Positions 1 through 7,851 of a stretch of DNA of 64,000 bases are shown here, piece after piece. The first letter of the stretch is position 1; each line of letters opens with the position of its first letter. Origin of the DNA: an uncultured Collinsella sp. (GTDB lineage: Bacteria; Actinomycetota; Coriobacteriia; Coriobacteriales; Coriobacteriaceae); assembly GCA_900549575.1 (NCBI GenBank), contig URPB01000001.1:2560-66559 (forward strand). Direction: 5' to 3'. A program made the position numbers and the translations under genes. A model generated the notes under the pieces. It searched no databases. It was not told the origin of the DNA and saw nothing but the letters and a program-made list of their open reading frames with translations.

Positions 1-1
1 C

Positions 2-799
2 ATGGACACGCGCTGCACCCGCCCGCTTTTCGCGCTGGTGCGCCCCGCCGTGTCGAACCGCTTCTACGACTACTGCGCGATGGGCGCGAGCGTGTACTGC
101 AACGCCGTGGGGGCCATGAAGGTGGTCGACGAGGCCGCCACCTCCCTGCTCGACCACATTCGCGTGGGCCGCCCGCGCACGTTCGTGGACAAGACCCTCA
201 TAGAGTCCAAGACCGACAAGGGGCCGGACGGCAGCCTCACGAAGACCTACTACGCCTTCGGCGAGGCCGACGACACCATCTTCAGCATGAACCCCGGCGA
301 CGAGGGGTCGGCCAAAATCCAGACCGTGCAGAGCGACCTCAAGGCCGACGAGAACGCCAGCGCCATCAACACGGGCCTGCGCCTGCTGTCGGTGGCGTGC
401 GGCTTCGGCAACGGCTACTTCTCCTGGGAGTCGCACACGGGCCTGAAGACCGCCAAGGAGGTGGCGGCCGACAACTCGCAGCTGATGCGATCCATCCACC
501 GGCACGAGAACGCCCTGCGCAAGTCCATCGTGCGCCTCGTGAACGGCATGGCCGACGCGTGCCGCAGCATCAGGGGCGAGGCCGTGCCCTACGGCGACGT
601 CACCGTGGACTTCGACGACTCCATCATCAGCGACACGCAGAGCGCGCGCGAGATGGCCATGAGCGAGGTCGGCGCGGGCATCATGGCCCCGTGGGAGTAC
701 CGCCGCCGCTTCTACGGCGAGACCAGCAACGAGGCCAAGGCCAACGTGCCCGAGCAGCAGGGCGGCGCGTTCGACATGCTTGGCGACGGGCTCGCCTGA
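2..799 (+). CDS. Portal protein, C-terminal part (gene starts upstream of window)
   Basis: Open from window edge; 265 aa; sits immediately 5' of a MuF/gp7 head-morphogenesis gene with ATGA overlap, the usual SPP1-like order portal-MuF. Confidence 0.65.
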   Translation: MDTRCTRPLFALVRPAVSNRFYDYCAMGASVYCNAVGAMKVVDEAATSLLDHIRVGRPRTFVDKTLIESKTDKGPDGSLTKTYYAFGEADDTIFSMNPGDEGSAKIQTVQSDLKADENASAINTGLRLLSVACGFGNGYFSWESHTGLKTAKEVAADNSQLMRSIHRHENALRKSIVRLVNGMADACRSIRGEAVPYGDVTVDFDDSIISDTQSAREMAMSEVGAGIMAPWEYRRRFYGETSNEAKANVPEQQGGAFDMLGDGLA

Positions 800-2475
800 T
801 GCTGGGGCCGGACTACATAGAGCACTTCACCGACGCAGCGCAGGGGGCCATGGACGAATACGCCCTGCGCCTGGTGTGCATCTACGCCGCGCTCATAGGC
901 TCCATCGACTTCGAGGGCGACAGCGCCTACTCGCAGGCCGCCCGCAGGGCGGCGCGTGCCGCCAAGGACGTGCAGAAGGCCATGAACGACGAGGGCCGCA
1001 GAGCCGCGCGCGAGGCTGCCAAGGCTGCGGCCGAGGCCGTGGCCAAGAGCGCCGAGGCCGACCTGGCCACGCTGGGCACGGCCATGGGCGCGCTGTCCAA
1101 GGCGATGCAGTGGAGGCTGCACAACTCCGCGCGGGCCACGGCGGCGGGAGTGCAGGACGTCGTGAGCCGCGACAACCTGAAGATGCCCGCCAACGTGCAG
1201 CGCGCCTACCTCGAAGTCGTGGCGCAGGCCGTGGCTCGGGTGAACTCGGGCATGGCGGGCTACGAGCAGGCCACCCGCGAGGCCGTGCTGAAGCTGGCGC
1301 GGCGCGGCGTGTCCGTCGTGGACTACAAGAGCGGGGCGTGGGCGCAGGCCGACGTGGCCATGCGCCGCCACATCCGCACCCAAGCGGTGCAGGCGGGCAG
1401 CCGCAACACGCTGGAGCTGCTTGAGGAGACCGGGCACGACCTCGTGCAGACCTCCTCGCACGGCGGGGCGCGCGAGAGCCACGCCAAGTGGCAGGGCCGC
1501 GTGTTCAGCCTGTCGGGCAAGTCCAAGAAGTACCCGCCGTTCTACCGCGAGACGGGCTACGGCTCTGTCGATGGCCTGTGCGGCGCGAACTGCAAGCATG
1601 ACTTCGGCATCTACGTGGAGGGCCAGCCGCTGCGCTACGAGCGCGACCCCGACGGAGGCGACGAGAAGCGCGAGAAGCGATACCAGGCCAGCCAACAGCA
1701 GCGCGCCATCGAGCGCGAGGTGCGCACCACGAGGCGCGAGGCCGCCGCGCTCGAAGCGGCTGGCATCGACAACACCAAGGAGCGCATAAAGCTGAGCAGA
1801 CTCCAGCAGAAGCGCCGCGACCTCGTGACGAAGTACCCGCACCTGAACGCAGAGCACGGGCGCGAGAACCCCTACGAGACGGGCAGCAAGGTGTACGCCC
1901 TCACCCGCCAGAAGGTGAGCCGCACGGCCTACATGGCGCACCCGAACACCAAGGCGCTCATAGCCGAGGCAGGCGTGAGCCAGAAGCGCGTGGGCGAACT
2001 GGTCAAGGCCAGCGGCGATGGCTTCGAGCTGAAAACCGCAGCAGAGCGCCGCGCGGCGCTGGACAACGCCATCAAGCGCGCCAAGGCCGAGAAGGAACGC
2101 GACCGGCGCGTGGCGAACGCCGCAGCCATGGAGGTGCACGCAGACAAGCAGGCCAAGCACATCGCGGGCAGCCGCCAGCACGAGCAGTACGTTGCGAACC
2201 TGAAGCGCAAGGGCGGCGCGTACAAGGAGCCGAGCGGCATCACGGTGACGCTTGAGGAGGTGCGCGACCTCATAGCGAAGCATGCGGGCACGGGCACGGC
2301 GCAGACCACCAGAAGCGGCAAATGGAGCGGGCGCGAAACATGCGACGCCGGGCGTGTGATCGGCTACGTGATAGGCGATAATGGGGAGCACATACCGACG
2401 ACGCGCTTCACCATCCACTACGCCGACGGCGACGTGCACATAGTCCCGACCAAACCAGAGGAGGCACAGCAATGA
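799..2475 (+). CDS. MuF/SPP1 gp7-like minor head (head morphogenesis) protein with C-terminal polymorphic-toxin-like domain
   Basis: ATG at 799 overlaps portal stop (ATGA). Core motifs ...SSHGGARESHAKWQGRVFS...GLCGANCKHDF typical of Phage_Mu_F. Charged linker, then C-terminal HADKQAKHIAGS...AGTGTA...TIHYADGDVHIVPTKP. The ORF-track start 397 is a spurious 5' extension. Confidence 0.8.
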   Translation: MLGPDYIEHFTDAAQGAMDEYALRLVCIYAALIGSIDFEGDSAYSQAARRAARAAKDVQKAMNDEGRRAAREAAKAAAEAVAKSAEADLATLGTAMGALSKAMQWRLHNSARATAAGVQDVVSRDNLKMPANVQRAYLEVVAQAVARVNSGMAGYEQATREAVLKLARRGVSVVDYKSGAWAQADVAMRRHIRTQAVQAGSRNTLELLEETGHDLVQTSSHGGARESHAKWQGRVFSLSGKSKKYPPFYRETGYGSVDGLCGANCKHDFGIYVEGQPLRYERDPDGGDEKREKRYQASQQQRAIEREVRTTRREAAALEAAGIDNTKERIKLSRLQQKRRDLVTKYPHLNAEHGRENPYETGSKVYALTRQKVSRTAYMAHPNTKALIAEAGVSQKRVGELVKASGDGFELKTAAERRAALDNAIKRAKAEKERDRRVANAAAMEVHADKQAKHIAGSRQHEQYVANLKRKGGAYKEPSGITVTLEEVRDLIAKHAGTGTAQTTRSGKWSGRETCDAGRVIGYVIGDNGEHIPTTRFTIHYADGDVHIVPTKPEEAQQ

Positions 2476-2672
2476 ACCTGAGCGAAACGCTGAAATACTA
2501 CGGCAAGCAGGTGCGGGTGACGTGCACCGACGGCGAGGAGTACCGGGGCAGGTACGACTGGTACCAAAGCGACGCCGAATCGCTAGACGAGCCCAATGCC
2601 ATCGGCATAGAGGGCGCGGGCATCATCACCGAGATACCCATCGACGAGGTGGCGAGCATCGCCGCCCTGTAG
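2472..2672 (+). CDS. Small acidic protein, candidate immunity protein for the MuF C-terminal toxin
   Basis: 66 aa; ATGA overlap with MuF stop; followed directly by a terminator; acidic (many D/E). Confidence 0.45.
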   Translation: MNLSETLKYYGKQVRVTCTDGEEYRGRYDWYQSDAESLDEPNAIGIEGAGIITEIPIDEVASIAAL

Positions 2673-2706
2673 CGAAGCAACGGCAACCGAACAGCGACAC
2701 GGCATC

Positions 2707-2738
2707 AAGGCCGCCCACCACGGGCGGCCTTTTCTTTT
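2707..2738 (+). terminator. Rho-independent terminator
   Basis: aaggccgccc-accac-gggcggcctt stem (10 bp) followed by ttttctttt. Confidence 0.7.
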
Positions 2739-2874
2739 GCCTGGCGACACCTCGGGGAAGATGCAGGCACGCGATGGGGCGGCGACAACATGCCCCGCAC
2801 GCGACCACGGCGACAACGGTGGGCCATCCAAGCGCGCAGGGAAGCGCGACAACCAAACACGGAAGGAGCAAGCG

Positions 2875-3432
2875 ATGGCTGAAGACAACAAGCCCCAGGG
2901 AAACGAGGGCGGCGAAGGCCAGCAGACCGAGCCCCAGAAGGAGGTCGTGTCCTACGCGAAGTACAAGCGCGAGACCGACGAGTACCAGGAGCAGGTGAAG
3001 GCCCTCAAGGCCGAGCTGGAGCATCGCGACAAGCAGATCGAGGAGCTCACCTCCAAGGCAGGCAACGCCGAGGAGCTGCAGGCCGCGCTCGACAAGGCCA
3101 AGGCCGACAACGAGGCGTACAAGGCCGACGCCGAGAAGCGCGAGGCCGACATGCGCCGCGACTTCGCCATCGACACCAAGCTGGCGCAGATGGGGGTGCG
3201 CAACGCCAAGGCGGCGCGCGCGGTCATCCCGAACATCGCCGACGCGAAGCTGGACGAGCAGGGCAACCTAACGGGCATCGACTTCGAGGCCCTGAAGAAG
3301 GACAACGCCTACATGTTCACCGACCAGCCCCGCGAGAGCGCGGGCGGCGACCCCAAGGGCGGCGCAGGCTCCGACGGCCTGGCCGACTTCCGCGCAGCTT
3401 TCGGACTCACCGACGGATCTTCAAAGGAGTAA
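2875..3432 (+). CDS. Scaffolding protein
   Basis: ATG 2875 preceded by ggaaggag RBS; E/K/A-rich coiled-coil 185 aa protein directly upstream of the major capsid gene. Confidence 0.65.
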   Translation: MAEDNKPQGNEGGEGQQTEPQKEVVSYAKYKRETDEYQEQVKALKAELEHRDKQIEELTSKAGNAEELQAALDKAKADNEAYKADAEKREADMRRDFAIDTKLAQMGVRNAKAARAVIPNIADAKLDEQGNLTGIDFEALKKDNAYMFTDQPRESAGGDPKGGAGSDGLADFRAAFGLTDGSSKE

Positions 3433-3435
3433 ATC

Positions 3436-4317
3436 ATGCCAAACAGCATCGAACTGCCCAAGGGCTACGAGAACGTGCTCATGGAGGCGTACCGCAAGGA
3501 ATCCCTGACCGCATTGCTTGAGAGCGCCGCGCCGCAGGGCAACATCGCGCAGATGGAGCAGCTGGGCGAGTTCTACTACCCCGTCTACTCCATGGGCGGC
3601 CTGGGCGACGTGCAGGCCAACGGGCGACTGCCGCAGAACAGCGGCGCGTCCCTGACTTGGAAGCCCATCAGCGCCAACTACGACCGCGGCACCATCCTGG
3701 AAATCGACCAGAAAGTGGACGCCCAGTCCTTCAACCTGGCGTTCGGCAACGCCGCCGCGCACTTCAACCGCACCAAGGTGGTGCCCGAGGGAGACGCGTT
3801 CGTGTTCTCCACGCTGTGCGCAGGCACCGGCATCACCAAGGAGCAGAAGACCTACGCCGACGGCGCGGACATGCTCAAGGGCCTGAACGCCGCCATGTGC
3901 GACATGGACGAGAAAGAGGTGCCGGAAGAGGGCCGCGTGCTGTTCATCACCCCCACCCTGCTGGGTATGGTGAAGGACCTGGACACCACCAAGTCCCGCG
4001 AGGCGCTGGACAGCTTCTCCTCCATCGTGAAGGTGCCGCAGTCCCGCTTCTACAGCGCCATCGACCTTTTGGACGGCACCACCAAGGACGAGGAGATCGG
4101 CCACTACAAGAAGGGCACCGGCGCGGTGGACATGAACTTCCTCATCGTCCACAAGGACGCCGTGGTGCTGCGCTGGAACTTCGCGCACGGCAAGGTCATC
4201 GACGCCGAAGACAACCAGCAGGGCTTCGGCCACCTGTTCAAGTACCGCAAGTACGGCGTGTGCGGCGTCCGCGAGAACCTGGCGCACTACATCACCGCAG
4301 GCATGAAGGCCGCGTAG
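3436..4317 (+). CDS. Major capsid protein
   Basis: 293 aa ORF immediately after scaffold gene; position and size typical of SPP1/Sfi11-like major capsid proteins. Confidence 0.65.
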   Translation: MPNSIELPKGYENVLMEAYRKESLTALLESAAPQGNIAQMEQLGEFYYPVYSMGGLGDVQANGRLPQNSGASLTWKPISANYDRGTILEIDQKVDAQSFNLAFGNAAAHFNRTKVVPEGDAFVFSTLCAGTGITKEQKTYADGADMLKGLNAAMCDMDEKEVPEEGRVLFITPTLLGMVKDLDTTKSREALDSFSSIVKVPQSRFYSAIDLLDGTTKDEEIGHYKKGTGAVDMNFLIVHKDAVVLRWNFAHGKVIDAEDNQQGFGHLFKYRKYGVCGVRENLAHYITAGMKAA

Positions 4318-4331
4318 GAAGGAGGCGCGAC

Positions 4332-4436
4332 ATGCGCACCGTTGGACTGGCCTTCGAGAAGGAGGCCCCGAAGAAGGCCAAGCCCGCCAAGGGCAAGGCA
4401 GAAAAGCCCGAGGCGGCCGAGGACGATGGAAACTAG
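4332..4436 (+). CDS. Small Lys-rich hypothetical protein (34 aa)
   Basis: ATG 4332 preceded by aggaaggagg; MRTVGLAFEKEAPKKAKPAKGKAEKPEAAEDDGN; overlaps next start by 11 nt; too short to be sure. Confidence 0.3.
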   Translation: MRTVGLAFEKEAPKKAKPAKGKAEKPEAAEDDGN

Positions 4437-4785
4437 AGCCCCGACCTACGAGGACTACCTGGCAGTCGGGCGCGGGGAGCTGTCCGCCGAGGAGTTCAAG
4501 GCGGCGCTCCCCCACGCCACGGCAGCCGTGCGCGACCTGATCTTCCCCAACGAGCCGGACGGCTCCGAGGAGTGGGCGCGCGCGGTCATGGCGGCCTGCG
4601 AGGTCGACGCCGCATACGGATGCTCGGGCGGCATCATGGAGGGCGGCGGCTTTACCGTCGGCTCGTTCTCGTGGAACCCCGGTACCGAAGGGGCCAGCAC
4701 CTACCGCAGCGACATGGAGGCCGCCGTCCGCCGCGAGCTGCTTGGAACGCCGCTGCTCTACGCGGGCATCGGGGGTACCAGATGA
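4426..4785 (+). CDS. Head-tail connector (neck) protein
   Basis: 119 aa, METRAPTYEDYLAVGRGE...; position after capsid gene; ORF-track 5' extension from 4342 judged spurious. Confidence 0.5.
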   Translation: METRAPTYEDYLAVGRGELSAEEFKAALPHATAAVRDLIFPNEPDGSEEWARAVMAACEVDAAYGCSGGIMEGGGFTVGSFSWNPGTEGASTYRSDMEAAVRRELLGTPLLYAGIGGTR

Positions 4786-5111
4786 TGCGGGTGCCGCGCT
4801 CGGCGCGGCCCTCCACCATGTACGTCAAGGTGCCCAGGGAGGGCGGCTACGGCGGCGAGTTCGAGCAGCCCGTCGAGGTGCGCCGCGTGCGCTTCGAGCC
4901 CGTCTCGGCGTGGCTCGTGCGCGAGTACGCCCTGGGCGACGGCGCGCAGGGCCTCGTGATAGCAGACGGCGCGGACAGCCCCGGCATGTTCGACGTGCCC
5001 GTGGGCAGCCGCGTGAGCATCGACGGGGGCGAGTGGATGAACGTGGCGAGGTGCACGCCCCGCCGCGCGTTCGGCACCCGTCCCCACCACTGGGAACTGG
5101 AGGTGAGGTAG
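4782..5111 (+). CDS. Head-closure/minor capsid (neck) protein
   Basis: 109 aa; ATGA overlap with preceding gene; synteny. Confidence 0.5.
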   Translation: MMRVPRSARPSTMYVKVPREGGYGGEFEQPVEVRRVRFEPVSAWLVREYALGDGAQGLVIADGADSPGMFDVPVGSRVSIDGGEWMNVARCTPRRAFGTRPHHWELEVR

Positions 5112-5113
5112 CC

Positions 5114-5464
5114 ATGCCCGCAGCAGTTACGGTCGACCTGACCAAGCTCATGGAGCGTTTCAGCGCGAAGGAGCTGGAGGCCAAGCAGGTGAAGTTCGCC
5201 ATGAGCGTGGCCGAGGACATGAACGCGTTCACGCCAGAGGACACCAAGCGCATGCACAACTCCATGCAGGCCGCCTCAGACTTCAGGCAGGGCCTCGTCA
5301 TATGGGACGCCGACTACGCCACCTACGTGCGCGACCTGCCCGACAGCTCCATCAAGCACGGCAAGAACCCGAGGGCCAAGGCCGACTGGCCGAAGGCCGC
5401 GAAGGAAGCGCACGGCGAGGACTGGGAGCGCCTGGCCGTCGACCTCCTGACCGAGGGGGCGTGA
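5114..5464 (+). CDS. Neck/tail-joining protein (HK97 gp10-like position)
   Basis: 116 aa; RBS ggaggtgagg upstream; synteny. Confidence 0.5.
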   Translation: MPAAVTVDLTKLMERFSAKELEAKQVKFAMSVAEDMNAFTPEDTKRMHNSMQAASDFRQGLVIWDADYATYVRDLPDSSIKHGKNPRAKADWPKAAKEAHGEDWERLAVDLLTEGA

Positions 5465-5465
5465 C

Positions 5466-5864
5466 ATGGCCCCGGACGTGATGGAGGCGGCGAAGGCCGC
5501 CATAGAGGCCCTGGGCTACGGCCCGGTGCTCCTCACCCGCCTGGCAGCATCGCGCGGCCACGACGACGCGGTGGTGCTGAGGCCCATGCCCACGGCCGAC
5601 GCGGTGCGCCACATGGACGGCACCCGCCGTGTCGGATACGTGCTGCAGGTCATCGTGAAGGACACCTCCGAGGCCAAGGCCATGGGCAACGCCTACGACC
5701 TGGCCGACGCGTTGGACGGGGCCGACCTGTCCTCGCCCACCGGCTCCTACGGCTTCACCAGCGCGGCGCTGTACACAGAGCCGCAGGAGATAACGCCGCC
5801 GGAGGGCGGGCCGTACCTGTGGGAGTTCCGAATCAAAGCGACCATAACCATAGAGAAGGGATAA
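5466..5864 (+). CDS. Tail completion/minor capsid protein
   Basis: 132 aa; tight coupling to neighbours; synteny upstream of major tail gene. Confidence 0.5.
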   Translation: MAPDVMEAAKAAIEALGYGPVLLTRLAASRGHDDAVVLRPMPTADAVRHMDGTRRVGYVLQVIVKDTSEAKAMGNAYDLADALDGADLSSPTGSYGFTSAALYTEPQEITPPEGGPYLWEFRIKATITIEKG

Positions 5865-5866
5865 CG

Positions 5867-6583
5867 ATGGCAAAGAACCAAGACCTGGGCTTCGCGCCCA
5901 ACTACATGAGCGCGCTGGAGATCGACACTACGCCAGACGCGGCCAGCCCCACGTGGGCCATCTTCTCGCGCGGCATCACCGAGGTGAAGCCGACCACCAA
6001 CGAGACCACCGAGACCAAGGACTACTACGACGGCTACGGCACTCCCACCGATAAGGTGAAGAGCGTGCAGCCGCAGTACGAGGTCACAGGCGACCGCTGC
6101 TACGGCGACCCCGCGCAGGACTTCGTTGCCAGCCTGGCGCTTGAGACCGGCGAGGGCCGCGCGGGCCACTTCCGCCACACCGACCCCAACGGCGACGTGG
6201 TGGAGGGCGACTGCACCTACCTGGGCCTAACCGTCGGCTCGCAGCAGGGCGCGGCGTCCGACCCCGGCGTGTTCTCCTGCACAATCTCGGGCGCTGGCGC
6301 TATGCGCTACATCCCCGCCAACAAGCTCAAGCAGCCCACGGGCGTCACCTGCACCGCGCAGACCGGCCCGGCCGTGGGCAAGTCCATGAAGCTCGCGCCG
6401 ACCGTCACGCCCGCCGAGGCGAACGCCAAGTGCTTCTTCGCATCGGGCAACACCGACGTGGCCACCGTCGACAGCGACGGCAACGTGACGGGCGTGGCCG
6501 CAGGCGAGGCGGTCATCACCGTGCGCTGCGCGTCCAAGCCGAGCATCTGCACGCAGGTGAAGGTCACCGTGGCGGCGAAGTAG
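5867..6583 (+). CDS. Major tail protein with C-terminal Ig-like (Big_2-type) domain
   Basis: MAKNQDLGFAPNY...; C-terminus ...LAPTVTPAEANAKCFFASGNTDVATVDSDGNVTGVAAGEAVITVRC... resembles Big_2 repeats that decorate tail tubes. Confidence 0.7.
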   Translation: MAKNQDLGFAPNYMSALEIDTTPDAASPTWAIFSRGITEVKPTTNETTETKDYYDGYGTPTDKVKSVQPQYEVTGDRCYGDPAQDFVASLALETGEGRAGHFRHTDPNGDVVEGDCTYLGLTVGSQQGAASDPGVFSCTISGAGAMRYIPANKLKQPTGVTCTAQTGPAVGKSMKLAPTVTPAEANAKCFFASGNTDVATVDSDGNVTGVAAGEAVITVRCASKPSICTQVKVTVAAK

Positions 6584-6618
6584 CCGCAGGCGACACCAGA
6601 CATAACCTCCTGGACATG

Positions 6619-6655
6619 GGGGCGCGGGCTAGTGAGCGGCCCGCGCCCCTTTTCT
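6619..6655 (+). terminator. Rho-independent terminator after major tail gene
   Basis: 11-bp GC stem ggggcgcgggc/gcccgcgcccc followed by ttttct. Confidence 0.7.
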
Positions 6656-6691
6656 ATGCCCGACGCTCACCGCTCACGAAAGGGGCAACAA

Positions 6692-7195
6692 ATGGAACTT
6701 CTGAAAAACATCCGCGCGTACGAGGACGTGTTCTTCGAGGACCCCGAGGAGAACCCCGACACGCCGCGCTTCCGCGTGTGGTTCGACGACAAGCACATCG
6801 AGGAGTACCTGGCCAAGGTCGGCAACGCCATCGACCGCGCGCAGGCCAACGAGCAGATGGCCCGCGAGGCCGACACCCCCGAGAAGGCGGCCGAGGCCAA
6901 CGCCGCGCAGGCCCGCCTCATGAAGCGCACCATCTCGGCGTTCATCGGCACCGAGGGCTGGGAGCAGCTGCTCGCGTGGATGGGCGGCGACGAGGGCCCC
7001 ATCGCGCCCGAGGAGAACATCCGCATCCTGGGCGAGGTCTTCGCCACGTTCCTCAACATGTTGGCGCGCCACGCGACCAGCGAGCAGCTGATGGCGTGCG
7101 GCCTTGCATACAGCGAGCGCGCCGATCAGGTCCAGGCGCTCAACCGCGCCCAGCGCCGCGCCAAGGCCAAGCGCAAGAAGAAGGGCGGCAAGTAA
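6692..7195 (+). CDS. Tail assembly chaperone
   Basis: 167 aa between major tail and tape-measure genes; RBS gaaagggg. Confidence 0.6.
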   Translation: MELLKNIRAYEDVFFEDPEENPDTPRFRVWFDDKHIEEYLAKVGNAIDRAQANEQMAREADTPEKAAEANAAQARLMKRTISAFIGTEGWEQLLAWMGGDEGPIAPEENIRILGEVFATFLNMLARHATSEQLMACGLAYSERADQVQALNRAQRRAKAKRKKKGGK

Positions 7196-7851
7196 TGCTG
7201 TCAGCCGCGCTCACGGCCGAGCGGGTGCGGCTGCCCGACGGCACGAGCGCCACGCGCTACCCGTGGAACGGCGAGGAGGTGCTGGTGCGCGACGACGCGC
7301 TCACGATCATCCGCGTCATCGAGGTGCTGACCGACGAGGGCAAGTCCGACGACCAGCGCCGGGACGAGTTCCTGGCGCTGTTCTTCGTGGACTGGGCGGA
7401 CGCGTGGTGCGCATGCGACTACGACGCCGCCGAGTTCGTGCGGATGCGCGACGCGGCGGTATGGGACATGTGCGGACTCGACCTGAGCGGCGACCGCCCG
7501 CACGAGACCCCGCTGTGGGACTTGGAGGAGGACGCGGCGCGCATACGCACCAGCTTCCGCCAGGCCTACGGCATCGAGTGGGACGAGGTGCGCGATCGCA
7601 TCAGCTTCGCCGAGTTCGTGGCACTCGTGGGCGGCTGCCCGCAGGACACGCCGCTCGGCGCGGCCATCCACTACCGCAACCCGGCGACCAAGCCGAAGCC
7701 AACCAAATACAACAGGCAGGAGGTCGAGGCCTGGAACGCCGCCCACAAGGCGTTCGAACTCGGCAAAGGCCGCAGCTCACACGGCTCTGAGGAAGGAAGC
7801 GACGCGGCGATGCGCGATGTGTTCGCCGCGCTCAAGAGAGCGACGAGGTGA
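7195..7851 (+). CDS. Gp15-like tail assembly protein
   Basis: 218 aa; TAATG junction with previous gene; overlaps TMP start; N-terminal pattern resembles phage Gp15 family as I recall it. Confidence 0.5.
   Translation: MLSAALTAERVRLPDGTSATRYPWNGEEVLVRDDALTIIRVIEVLTDEGKSDDQRRDEFLALFFVDWADAWCACDYDAAEFVRMRDAAVWDMCGLDLSGDRPHETPLWDLEEDAARIRTSFRQAYGIEWDEVRDRISFAEFVALVGGCPQDTPLGAAIHYRNPATKPKPTKYNRQEVEAWNAAHKAFELGKGRSSHGSEEGSDAAMRDVFAALKRATR

Noticed and set aside
397-798. 5' extension of the MuF ORF back to 397, and likewise the 5' extensions of many track ORFs (for example 2737, 4342, 4572, 4742, 5819, 6430, 6632).
   Set aside because: The extensions overlap the preceding well-supported genes, translate to Arg/Pro/Gly-rich junk, and internal ATGs with RBS or ATGA coupling give products beginning at conserved N-termini.
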